A stretch of DNA of 17,814 bases, taken from the NCBI GenBank assembly GCA_049967475.1, contig JBMFSQ010000044.1:1-17814 (forward strand), in the 5' to 3' direction. This document shows positions 1-8,484 of this stretch, piece after piece. Made by a program: the position numbers and the translations under genes. Within the stretch, counting starts at the first letter, position 1. Each line of letters opens with the position of its first letter. Under the pieces are notes generated by a model that was not told where the DNA came from, made no database searches, and saw only the letters and a list, made by a program, of their open reading frames with translations. Source of the DNA: Chthonomonadales bacterium. GTDB taxonomy: Bacteria; Armatimonadota; Chthonomonadetes; Chthonomonadales; CAJBBX01.

Positions 1-1705
1 CCCGAAGCCGCTTCTGAAACTCCCGATCTATCCCCAACACCTCCTCAGCCTGTATGCAATGCGTGAAGAGGTCGTGGATAATCTCCAAGTCCATGGTGGC
101 GCCGTAAGTAAGCTGAGACACGACGCCGTTGGGCATGCGGAAGGAGTTCTCCGGCGAATGCGAGGGATTGGTTACCAGCCATCCGTGCTCCGGTTCGGGC
201 ACGAGGAAGTCCAGCATAAAGAGGGCGGCCCCCTTCAACAAGGGGTAACTTCGCTGGAGAAAGCGCCGGTCGCCGCTGAAGGCGTAGTGTTCCCAAATGT
301 GCTGGCAGAGCCAGGCAGCGCCCATAGGCCAGATGCCCCATACTCCGTCCGCCGGGGTGGTAAAGCCCCACACGTCCGAAAGGTGATGAACAACCCATCC
401 CCGGCAACCATAGTGAACCTTGGCAGTCCGCTCGCCGGACGGCACGAGACCCTGCATGTATTCGAAGAGCGGCAGATGACACTCGGCAAGGTTCGTTACC
501 TCAGCCGGCCAATAGTTCATCTGCAGGTTGATGTTGGTGTGGTAATCGGAGTTCCACGGGGCGTGCATGTGCTCATTCCACAGCCCCTGCAGGTTGGCGG
601 GAAGCCCTCCCGGCCGCGAGGAGCTGATGAGCAGGTACCGTCCGAATTGAAAGTAGAGGGCAGCCAGGCCGGGATCATTGACGCCGCTGCGCACCGCCGC
701 CAAGCGCTGGTCTGTGGACATGGTGCTGCGCTTTTCTACAGGGATCGGATTGGCGATGCGCAGGGTCACCCGTCGAAACAGCCGGCGGAAATCCGCCTGG
801 TGCCGGTCTTTCATGCGGTAGTAATCCACGGGCAGAACGGCATCCAGGGTCCTCCGGCACAGATCCTCGGGGTTCTCCTTGCGGTAATCCGTAGCGGCGG
901 CGATGAGCAGCAGCGCCGAGTTGGCACCTCGGACTTCCAAGGCATCCCCCACGGCCTCCACGCTTCCACCCGTGGGGATTACCAGCACGTGGCATTCGAA
1001 GCGCATTCCCAGGCTTTTCTGAGCGCCGGGCGGGCGATCTTCCACCTGCCCTCGCAGTATGAGGCGGTTGTTTCCTTCCGTAAAGGCCGCGGCATCCTGG
1101 GCGCGGGTGATGCGGATGCGCAAGTTCACGCGTCCCCGCAGATTGCTGTTGAAGCGCAGAGCGATTACCTGATCCGGCGCGGAAGCGAAGGCCTCCCTCG
1201 TGAAGCGGGCGCCGCCCAACCGGTAACTCGTGCGGGTGACGGCGCCGTCCAGATCCAGTTCACGGCGGTATTCTTCTGCGGCGCCGGGATCGTGGCCGGT
1301 GGAGATCCAGAGATCTCCCAAGGATTGATAGGATTTTACGCCGCGAGGGTTGCCCAGCAAGTACTTATCGGCCACGGCGGCAGCTTCGGCGTTGCGCCCT
1401 TCGAAGATGAGGCGGCGCACTTCGGCAAGGTGCGCCAAAGCCTGGGGATTCGTGGTGTCCTGCCGATGCCCATCCCAAAGGGATTGTTCGTTGAGCTGGA
1501 TGCGCTCCTCATCCACGCGCCCAAAGACCATGGCACCGATGCGGCCGTTGCCGATGGGCAGCCCCTCGTTCCAATCCGACGCTGGAGCGCGGTACCAAAG
1601 CACCAGGGGCTCTGCCCGTTGCACGGGTGGAGAGGCCAATCCCAAGTTGGATGCCAGCGCCGCCATGGAAAGAGCCATCGCCAGGATGCCTCCTGCTCGC
1701 TTCAT
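1..1705 (-). CDS. GH95 family alpha-L-fucosidase, secreted; 3' end lies beyond the left edge
   Basis: Hand translation from ATG at 1705 (GGAGA about 10 nt upstream): MKRAGGILAMALSMAALASNLGLA (signal-like), LWYRAPASDWNEGLPIGNGRIGAMVFG, ERIQLNEQSLW, LYFQFGRYLLISSSRPGGLPANLQGLWN, PWNSDYHTNINLQMNYWPAE, LVTNPSHSPEN. These are hallmark GH95 motifs. The gene is missing from the ORF track, presumably because no stop codon falls in the window. Confidence 0.95.
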   Translation of the reverse strand, partial: MKRAGGILAMALSMAALASNLGLASPPVQRAEPLVLWYRAPASDWNEGLPIGNGRIGAMVFGRVDEERIQLNEQSLWDGHRQDTTNPQALAHLAEVRRLIFEGRNAEAAAVADKYLLGNPRGVKSYQSLGDLWISTGHDPGAAEEYRRELDLDGAVTRTSYRLGGARFTREAFASAPDQVIALRFNSNLRGRVNLRIRITRAQDAAAFTEGNNRLILRGQVEDRPPGAQKSLGMRFECHVLVIPTGGSVEAVGDALEVRGANSALLLIAAATDYRKENPEDLCRRTLDAVLPVDYYRMKDRHQADFRRLFRRVTLRIANPIPVEKRSTMSTDQRLAAVRSGVNDPGLAALYFQFGRYLLISSSRPGGLPANLQGLWNEHMHAPWNSDYHTNINLQMNYWPAEVTNLAECHLPLFEYMQGLVPSGERTAKVHYGCRGWVVHHLSDVWGFTTPADGVWGIWPMGAAWLCQHIWEHYAFSGDRRFLQRSYPLLKGAALFMLDFLVPEPEHGWLVTNPSHSPENSFRMPNGVVSQLTYGATMDLEIIHDLFTHCIQAEEVLGIDREFQKRLR

Positions 1706-1729
1706 ATTCGGTTGGTCTCCGCGCAGGTT

Positions 1730-2911
1730 CTATTCCCACAAGCGCTTGCCGGCGCGGCCTCCCAACATCTCGTGCGTCTCGGCAAGGAGCTGGGGAATGG
1801 GCAGGTGCAGCGGGCAGCGGGGCAAGCATTCGCCGCAGTTGGTGCAGAAGTCACCTTGAACTCCGGGGAACCAGTGGTCCGCTCCGCCTATTCGAGCGCC
1901 GGTATCCGGATCCTTCCGGGCAAAGAGGCCGTAGCGGAAACGTCCAAAGTCCGTCATATCGAATGCCTTCACCAGGTTGCGCAGGCGCAGGATCTCGGGA
2001 ATGTGCACCTCTTCGGGACAGGGGAGGCATTCGTGGCAGAAGGAGCAGTACGTGGAACCTATACCGAGCAACTGTGCATCCAGGCGCGCGATGATCGCCT
2101 CTTCCTGGGGAGTAAGGGGACCATCCACTTGAGCCATGGCCAGATGGGCATCGAACTCGTGGGGCCTCGCTGCACCCAATGAAAGGGTATGCACGTGGGG
2201 TTGGGAGAGAAGCCACCGCTGGTTGATGCCGATAGGTGTGTAGGGAGCGCACAGTTCCACCAGCTTCGCCGGCGGATTAAAGAGTTGGCCTCCTTTATCC
2301 GTGGGCGAGATAATGAAAACGCCCATATCCTTCGATGCGGCAAGCTCCACGGCCGGCCGGTTCCGACGGTTCAGAGTGTAGTAGTGCAGGTTCACGGACT
2401 CGAACTCGCCGGTATTGATGGCATCTAGGATTACCTGCAGAGGAGCGTGTGTGGAGAAGCCGACATGACCAACGATGCCTTCCTCCACGGCCTTGCGCAC
2501 CGAAGTGAGGGACCCATCCTTCTGGAGGGTGCGCTGCAACAGCTCCGGTGTGTTGATGCCATGGATGTCCAGATTGTCTACCACCTGTACCCCCATGCGG
2601 TGCATGCTATCGTCCAAAGCTGCTCGGAACTCGTCGGCAGTGGACGTTGGGGCGATTTTAGTGGTGAGGAAGAACTCTTCCCGCCGAATGACCCCTTCAC
2701 GCAGCGCCGCCCCGATTAGGTTCTCACTCTCGCCGTAGCCGCGGGCGGTTTCGATGTGATTGATGCCCACATCGAGGGCTCGGCGAAGGGTTGCAAAGGC
2801 ACGTTCCCGATTAGCCTCGGGATGCTCACCAGGCTCCGGCGGGATCCTCATGGCGCCAAAGGTAAGGACGGATACGTCGAGACCGGTTTTACCGAAGCGG
2901 CGTTTCAGCAC
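1730..2911 (-). CDS. Aldo/keto reductase with C-terminal 4Fe-4S dicluster domain
   Basis: RRFGKTGLDVSVLTFGAMR, INHIETARGYG, LTTKI and VGFSTH are AKR-fold motifs. C-terminal CSFCHECLPCP and CTNCGECLPRCP are ferredoxin-type Cys motifs. GTG start with AGGAG upstream. Confidence 0.9.
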   Translation of the reverse strand: MLKRRFGKTGLDVSVLTFGAMRIPPEPGEHPEANRERAFATLRRALDVGINHIETARGYGESENLIGAALREGVIRREEFFLTTKIAPTSTADEFRAALDDSMHRMGVQVVDNLDIHGINTPELLQRTLQKDGSLTSVRKAVEEGIVGHVGFSTHAPLQVILDAINTGEFESVNLHYYTLNRRNRPAVELAASKDMGVFIISPTDKGGQLFNPPAKLVELCAPYTPIGINQRWLLSQPHVHTLSLGAARPHEFDAHLAMAQVDGPLTPQEEAIIARLDAQLLGIGSTYCSFCHECLPCPEEVHIPEILRLRNLVKAFDMTDFGRFRYGLFARKDPDTGARIGGADHWFPGVQGDFCTNCGECLPRCPLHLPIPQLLAETHEMLGGRAGKRLWE

Positions 2912-2973
2912 GATGGACGGCTCCTGTTTCCAGATGCGTTACCCATGCCGGATGAGCGGACTGGCCGGGCAGA

Positions 2974-4176
2974 TCATACACTGGGGAAGATGTCGAATTC
3001 GCGGGGCAGGTTCTCTATTCGCCTGCGGATGGCATTCAGGAAGGAGGCGGCGCCTACGCCGTTGGCGATGCGGTGATCGAATGTAAACACGACGATGGCT
3101 GTTCTGCGGAAACCCACACCTCCTCCTTCGTGTACCACCGCTTGGTCGAAGGCTTCACCCACGAAAAGTGTCCCCACAGCGGGCGCCACAAGCACCGGGA
3201 TCCCCCGCCGCACGCGTTGGGCTGCCATGTTCGTAATGGTGAGCTGTATCGTGTCCGACGCTTGATCCTCCCCCGCTCGGGCCCTCAATACGGCCTGGGT
3301 GTAGGCTTCGGTGAATTCCCCGAAGTTCAAAGCGTCGGCAGCGTCAATCCGGGCCATAACCAGCTCGTCGCCGGGTCGGGCCACAGCAATGCCCAAATTC
3401 AGGTGACGGTATTCCCGGCGCGTGTCGTTTCCGAGCAGCTCGGACCGAAACTTAGGATGGGAGCGGGCCGCCTGGGCGACACTCCACGCAAAAAGGAGCG
3501 ACTGAGACGCTCGCCGCACTCCGCGCTGCCTAAGGCGCCGCCGCGCCTCTTCGATGCCGTCCCAAGCCATATGGACTTCCAGTGTCCCGGGAACGACACG
3601 CTGCGCCCCGTGATTGAGGCGTGCTATCAGCGTACGCTGTGCAGCGGAAAGCGGCGCATCGGTGAAGCGCGCATCGGAGAGGGTGACGGGCTGACCTTCT
3701 CCACTCGTTGCGAATTGGGCCAGGAAACGGTCCACGTCGGCGGGCATCACACGATCTACCGACGAAGCCAAGGCGGCCAGATCCTGGTCGGTGAGACCTT
3801 TCTCGCGGGCGTACGCCCGCGTACGAGGAGGGATTTGGCCGGCGCGCCCATCGGCGGGCACTCCGCCTTGCGGCAGGGAAGCCGGCACCCCGACGGGACC
3901 TGGAGGAAGGTTTCGCGGTTCATTGCCGGCCCCGTCGCGCACAGCGATGCGGCCGATGACCGCGCCGATGGATAGTACCTCGCCTTCAGCCGCCGACCAG
4001 GCTTCGAGTACTCCGGATGCCGGCGCCTCGATTTCCATCACGGCCTTATCCGTCTCCATCTCGAAAACGGGTTCATCCTTAGCGACTTCTTCGCCCGGCT
4101 GCTTCAGAAAGCGGATGAGCCTCGCTTCCTGCAGGCCCTCGCCCAATTGGGGGATGCGTATTTCGATGCTCTTCAT
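2974..4176 (-). CDS. 2-oxoacid dehydrogenase E2 (dihydrolipoamide acyltransferase): lipoyl domain, subunit-binding-like segment, catalytic domain
   Basis: Start taken as MKSIEIRIPQLGEG at 4176, because the track start at 4236 overlaps E1. Lipoyl motif METDKA; PSBD-like IPPRTRAYAREKGL...VMPADVD; NLGIAVA; catalytic FTFDHRIANG. Confidence 0.88.
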   Translation of the reverse strand: MKSIEIRIPQLGEGLQEARLIRFLKQPGEEVAKDEPVFEMETDKAVMEIEAPASGVLEAWSAAEGEVLSIGAVIGRIAVRDGAGNEPRNLPPGPVGVPASLPQGGVPADGRAGQIPPRTRAYAREKGLTDQDLAALASSVDRVMPADVDRFLAQFATSGEGQPVTLSDARFTDAPLSAAQRTLIARLNHGAQRVVPGTLEVHMAWDGIEEARRRLRQRGVRRASQSLLFAWSVAQAARSHPKFRSELLGNDTRREYRHLNLGIAVARPGDELVMARIDAADALNFGEFTEAYTQAVLRARAGEDQASDTIQLTITNMAAQRVRRGIPVLVAPAVGTLFVGEAFDQAVVHEGGGVGFRRTAIVVFTFDHRIANGVGAASFLNAIRRRIENLPREFDIFPSV

Positions 4177-4210
4177 GGGTTCCTGCGTGATGCGTCTTCC
4201 GATGGCTATT

Positions 4211-6193
4211 CTACTCCATAACCGCGCGAAGGGCACACAGCACCTGATCTATGGAGGGAAGGACCGCGTATTCAAGGCTCGGGCGGAAGGGCACGTGCAC
4301 ATCCCGGCGAGCTACGAGCTGCGGCGCCGAGAAGAAGGAGGCCCATCGGCGGGGGTAGGCAGTAAGCTCCGCAATCACCGATTGCCCAAAGCATCCCGTG
4401 CGTGCATCCTCATCAATCACCACGAGGCGCCCCGTCTTCGCAACCGAGGCTTCGATGCCTTCCCAATCGCAGGGAGCGAGCGTACGCAGGTCCAAGAGTT
4501 CCACGGAAATGCCTTCCCGCCCGGCCTGTTCCGCCGCCTCATGGGCGAGCTCCATTCCGTTACCCCACGCCACCAGCGTCACATCGGTCCCTTCCCTCCG
4601 TACTGCACAGCGGCCCAACGGAACGGGTTCCCATTCTGCCACGGATAAGCGCTTGCGGAAGATGTGTTTGGGTACCAGAAACAGCGTTGGGTTCTTCCCA
4701 TGAATAACGCTCCAGAGCAGCCCGGCAGCATCCTGGGGCGTCGAGGGAACCACCACCTGCAGTCCTGGGATGTGGCACCAGATGCCCTCGTTCGTCTGGC
4801 TGTGCCATGGGCCCCCGCCCGGAAGATAGGCGCCGGAGGGAGCAATGAACGTGACGGGACACTGCCATTCTCCGTTGGATCGCCAGGATGCCGTCGCGAC
4901 CTGGGTCACGAGCTGGTTGAAGCCTGGGGAGATAAAGTCTATGAACTGGATCTCGAATACCGGCCGGTACCCCGCGGAGGCCAAACCTACTGCGGTTCCT
5001 ATGATGGTTGCCTCGGCCAGGGGGGCATTCACCACTCGTCCGGGATAGCGGGTGCTGAGACCTTTGGTGAGCCCGAAGACGCCGCCTTTGGGATCCTCTA
5101 CGTCCTCACCCATTACGAGGATGGTGGGGTCTTCCGCCATGGCAGCTTCCAGGGTGCGATTGATCGCGACCACCATGGTCGTGCCGTCCGGGGCAGGAAG
5201 GGGCGGCGCTTGGGGATCGGGAGGCGGTGATGCGAGGCAGGATGCGGCTTCATCGGGATCCGGATCAGGCGCCTCTTCCGCGCGGGCGTAGTCGGCCTCT
5301 ACGTCTTCGGCGGTGCGAGTGCAAAAGGCTTCCCAATCTTCCAACCGGAGCTCTTGCCGCGCGATGAGGCGATCCCGAAGGTTGAGAATAGGGTCGCGAG
5401 AGGCGATTTCCTGGAGCTCCTGGGTGCTGCGGTACACGCGGTGGTCATCGGAAGAAGTGTGCGGGGCAAGGCGGTCCACTTCACACCACAGGATGGTGGG
5501 GCCGCCGCCGGATCTGGCCCTAGCAATTGCCTCGGCGCCTTTTGCGAAGACTTCGTAGGCATCCCGGCCATTCACGCGGACCACATATTCTTCGTTGATG
5601 ATGCGCAGGCGATGGGGATTGTGGCGCAGGGTGGAGGTGCTGATGCCGTAGAAGTTGTCTTCCACTACCATCACGAGGGGAAGCGCCTCCTGCACTGCGA
5701 AAGCCACGGCTTCGAAGTATTCGCCCTGACGGATGGCCGCATCCCCCACGCAGCAAAGCACCACTCCGCCGGTATCAGCCAGCTTCTGGGCCCAGGCGGC
5801 GCCGGCGGCGGGAAGACACTGCGAGGCCGTGGGAGTGGCTACTGAGAAGATCCTGAGCGCGGCGGAGCTGAAGTGGCCGGGCATTTGCCGGCCTGCGGAT
5901 GAGGAGGCTGCCTTGCCGAAATAGGCCAAGGCCAGCTCATAGTTCGTAACGCCCCGGGCCAGGCAGAGCGCCCGGTCCCGGTAGTAGGGGAAAAGGCAGT
6001 CCCTAGGTTCCAGCAGATAGGCCAGAGCAGCGATCGCTTCGTGGCCCATTCCGGCCACGTGGAACCATCCGCGGCTCTGGCGCAGGAGGATCCCCTCGCG
6101 CCGATCCCCTTCCCTGGAAATCTGCATGATGCGCAGCAGATCTAGGGCGGGCAGCGATGTATGGGATGCCCGAAGGGCAGGCTCAATCGTCAA
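4211..6193 (-). CDS. Fused E1 alpha/beta TPP-dependent 2-oxoacid dehydrogenase (branched-chain/pyruvate type)
   Basis: Alpha part: GMGHEA, PYYRD, TPP motif GDAAIRQG...EDN, HTSSDD loop. Beta part: VMGEDV, APLAEATIIG, EIQFIDF, GGPWHSQ, LLDLRTLAP. Likely start TTG at 6193 with AGAGGAG 8 nt upstream; the track uses 6232. Confidence 0.92.
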   Translation of the reverse strand: MTIEPALRASHTSLPALDLLRIMQISREGDRREGILLRQSRGWFHVAGMGHEAIAALAYLLEPRDCLFPYYRDRALCLARGVTNYELALAYFGKAASSSAGRQMPGHFSSAALRIFSVATPTASQCLPAAGAAWAQKLADTGGVVLCCVGDAAIRQGEYFEAVAFAVQEALPLVMVVEDNFYGISTSTLRHNPHRLRIINEEYVVRVNGRDAYEVFAKGAEAIARARSGGGPTILWCEVDRLAPHTSSDDHRVYRSTQELQEIASRDPILNLRDRLIARQELRLEDWEAFCTRTAEDVEADYARAEEAPDPDPDEAASCLASPPPDPQAPPLPAPDGTTMVVAINRTLEAAMAEDPTILVMGEDVEDPKGGVFGLTKGLSTRYPGRVVNAPLAEATIIGTAVGLASAGYRPVFEIQFIDFISPGFNQLVTQVATASWRSNGEWQCPVTFIAPSGAYLPGGGPWHSQTNEGIWCHIPGLQVVVPSTPQDAAGLLWSVIHGKNPTLFLVPKHIFRKRLSVAEWEPVPLGRCAVRREGTDVTLVAWGNGMELAHEAAEQAGREGISVELLDLRTLAPCDWEGIEASVAKTGRLVVIDEDARTGCFGQSVIAELTAYPRRWASFFSAPQLVARRDVHVPFRPSLEYAVLPSIDQVLCALRAVME

Positions 6194-6243
6194 CAGTGCA
6201 GCTCCTCTGTGCGCGGCGCGGCAAAGCGTCACGCTGCAGCGCC

Positions 6244-6272
6244 ATTATGATGGCCGGCGGCGGGGCTGTCAA
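6244..6272 (-). promoter_or_regulatory. Sigma70-type promoter for the E1-E2(-AKR-GH95) unit
   Basis: The minus strand reads TTGACA-gccccgccgccggccat (17 nt)-CATAAT, about 50 nt upstream of the TTG start and its RBS. Confidence 0.75.
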
Positions 6273-6299
6273 GAAGCGCGCGGTAACCGCAGAGACCGG

Positions 6300-7349
6300 C
6301 TATTCGTGGTTCTCCTTGCGGATAGGATCTACAATAACGCCGTCGAAGATGGCTGCGTTTGTCTTAACGCGGCATCCTTTGCCCACAACGCACCTCTCCA
6401 ACCACGTGTCGCGCATGGCCACAGCTCCATCCCAAAGGATGGACTGTTTTACGACAGCGCCCTGCTCCACGGCGCAGTTATTGCCCAATACCGTGTTCTC
6501 CAGAACCCGGGCGCCGGCTTCGATGCGGCAATTGTTGCCGATCACTACAGGATAGCCTATCTCGGCGGAAGGGTCAATCTCTACGTTCTCGCCGATCCAC
6601 ACGTACTTGCGCACCTCGGGCATGGGGAAGTTGATGGCCACACGGCCTGCAAGCGCGTCGTAATGCGTTTGCTGGTAAACGGCGAGGTTGCCCACATCCT
6701 TCCAGTACGCCGCCGTAAGATGGCCGTAGAGGGGCCGCTTCTGTTCCAGCATCTGCGGGAAGAAGTTCTTGCCGAAGAGATAGAACGTGTTGCGCGGGAT
6801 GAGGTCGAAAACTTCGGGCTCGAAGATGTAGAAACCCGTGTTCGCCGTGTTGGAAAAGATGATCTCGCCCTTGGGTTTCTCCAAGAAACGGGTGATGCGC
6901 CCCTCTTCGTTCATGAGGACGATGCCGTACTCCGAGGGATCATCCACGAGCGAGAGCGCGATGGTGCAAAGGGCTCCCTTCTCCCTATGCGTCCGCAGCA
7001 TGCGGCTCAAGTCTATATCCGCCAAATCATCGCCACCCACCACCAAGAACGTGTCGTCACGGAAGAAATCTTCCACACGCTTGACGCTCCCGGCATCGCC
7101 CCAAAGGCGGTCCTCCTCGGACCAATGAATGCGGACGCCCCACTTCCCGCCATCGCCGAAGTGGGCACGGATTTGGTCGCCCAAGTAATACAGGTTCACC
7201 ATGATCTCGGTGAAGCCATGCTTTGCCAGAAGCTCCACGATGTGTTCCATCACAGGCCGGTTCACGATGGGAACCAGGGGTTTGGGCAGGTTGCGGGTGA
7301 GGGGATCCAGGCGGGATCCCACCCCGGCGGCGAGGATCATGGCCTTCAT
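6300..7349 (-). CDS. NDP-sugar pyrophosphorylase (mannose-1-phosphate guanylyltransferase-like) with left-handed beta-helix C-terminus
   Basis: MKAMILAAGVGSRLDPLT..LPKPLVPI, GDAGSV, YGIV, FLEKP, NTGFYIFEP, YWKDVG, then hexapeptide repeats (IGENVEID, VIGNNCRIE, VLGNNCAVE). RBS AGGAG. Confidence 0.92.
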   Translation of the reverse strand: MKAMILAAGVGSRLDPLTRNLPKPLVPIVNRPVMEHIVELLAKHGFTEIMVNLYYLGDQIRAHFGDGGKWGVRIHWSEEDRLWGDAGSVKRVEDFFRDDTFLVVGGDDLADIDLSRMLRTHREKGALCTIALSLVDDPSEYGIVLMNEEGRITRFLEKPKGEIIFSNTANTGFYIFEPEVFDLIPRNTFYLFGKNFFPQMLEQKRPLYGHLTAAYWKDVGNLAVYQQTHYDALAGRVAINFPMPEVRKYVWIGENVEIDPSAEIGYPVVIGNNCRIEAGARVLENTVLGNNCAVEQGAVVKQSILWDGAVAMRDTWLERCVVGKGCRVKTNAAIFDGVIVDPIRKENHE

Positions 7350-7361
7350 GATATACCGCTC

Positions 7362-8462
7362 CTATCTATCGAAGGTGCGGATCAGCTCCGCTACGTACTC
7401 CAGTTGGTCGCGGCGGAGCTCAGGATATACAGGGATCGAGAGGACTTCGGTTGCTGCCTGTTCGGCATGGGGAAAGTCTCCCAGCCGATAGCCTAACCAT
7501 GAATAGGCTTCTTGCAGATGAAGCGGGCGGGGATAGTAGACGCCTGCATCCACGCCATTCTCCTTGAGGAATGCGCGCAGTTCGTCACGCCTGCTATGCC
7601 GGATGGTGTACTGGTGGTACGTGTGATAGGCTCGTGCGTCGCAATAGGGCACTACAGAGCACGTGTCGCTGAGCAGGCGGAAGTATTGCTCGGCGTTGGC
7701 GCGCCGGTGTTCATTCCATTCGGGCAGATGCCTGAGTTTCGCGCTGAGTATCGCCGCCTGAAGGGCGTCGAGGCGGCTGCAATAGCCTACCTGGGCGTAG
7801 TAATAGCCGCCCCCGCTTCCATGGAACCTTAGGCGGCGGATGCGGTCTCGGATGCTCTCATCATTCGTAAGAACCATGCCGCCGTCGCCATACGCTCCAA
7901 GGTTCTTGGTAGGATAGAACGAGAGGGTTGCTGCACCGGGGAAACTGCCCAGGGGCAGATTGTTGAAGCGGGCCCCAATGGCTTGTGCCGCGTCCCAAAT
8001 GATGGCGAGCCCGTGCTTCTCGGCCAGGGAACAGAATGCGTCGCGGTCCGCCATTTGACCGTAAAGATCCACGGGCATGATGGCTTTTGTTTTGGGCGTA
8101 ATGGCAGCCTCGGCATGTTCCGGGCAAAGGTTGAAGGTGCGGGGGTCAATGTCGGCGAAGACGGGGCGGGCGCCGGCTAGGGCAATGGTCTCTGCGGTAG
8201 CCACGAAGGTAAAGGGTGTCGTGACGACTTCGTCGCCCGGCCCGATGCCGAATGCGCGCAAAGCCAGCAGAAGCGCATCCGTGCCGGAGTTGACGCCGAC
8301 GGCGTAGCGCGCACCGGAGAAGTCCGCAATCTCCTGCTCGATTTGGGCGACCTTCTCGCCAAGGATGAATTGGCCGCTTTCTACCACTTCACGGATGGCG
8401 GCATCTATTTCGTCTTTAATGGTCCGATACTGGGCTGTTACGTCTCCGAGCGTAATCCTCAA
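7362..8462 (-). CDS. DegT/DnrJ/EryC1/StrS family PLP-dependent sugar aminotransferase
   Basis: GVNSGTDALLLAL, GPGDEVVTTPFTFVAT, PVDLYGQ, DAAQAIGA, SFYPTKNLGAYGDGG (PLP lysine), SRLDALQAAIL. TTG start with GGAGG upstream. Confidence 0.95.
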   Translation of the reverse strand: MRITLGDVTAQYRTIKDEIDAAIREVVESGQFILGEKVAQIEQEIADFSGARYAVGVNSGTDALLLALRAFGIGPGDEVVTTPFTFVATAETIALAGARPVFADIDPRTFNLCPEHAEAAITPKTKAIMPVDLYGQMADRDAFCSLAEKHGLAIIWDAAQAIGARFNNLPLGSFPGAATLSFYPTKNLGAYGDGGMVLTNDESIRDRIRRLRFHGSGGGYYYAQVGYCSRLDALQAAILSAKLRHLPEWNEHRRANAEQYFRLLSDTCSVVPYCDARAYHTYHQYTIRHSRRDELRAFLKENGVDAGVYYPRPLHLQEAYSWLGYRLGDFPHAEQAATEVLSIPVYPELRRDQLEYVAELIRTFDR

Positions 8463-8484
8463 GCGCTATGTCCTCCGCCGGTTC

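Noticed and set aside
59..2182. 707-aa plus-strand ORF, and similar long ORFs at 3073-3975, 6126-7496, 12068-13027, 13072-14211 and 14620-15654
   Set aside because: These are antisense shadows of well-supported minus-strand genes. They are expected in high-GC DNA and have no recognisable motifs.
5190..5285. Short GGATC-type repeats
   Set aside because: They simply encode the Pro/Asp-rich linker between the E1 alpha and beta domains.
4211..8462. Idea that the E1/E2 pair makes a branched-chain sugar together with the adjacent NDP-sugar operon
   Set aside because: A separate consensus promoter lies between them, a complete E2 is present, and no NDP-4-keto-sugar-forming enzyme is encoded here. 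Adjacency alone is insufficient.
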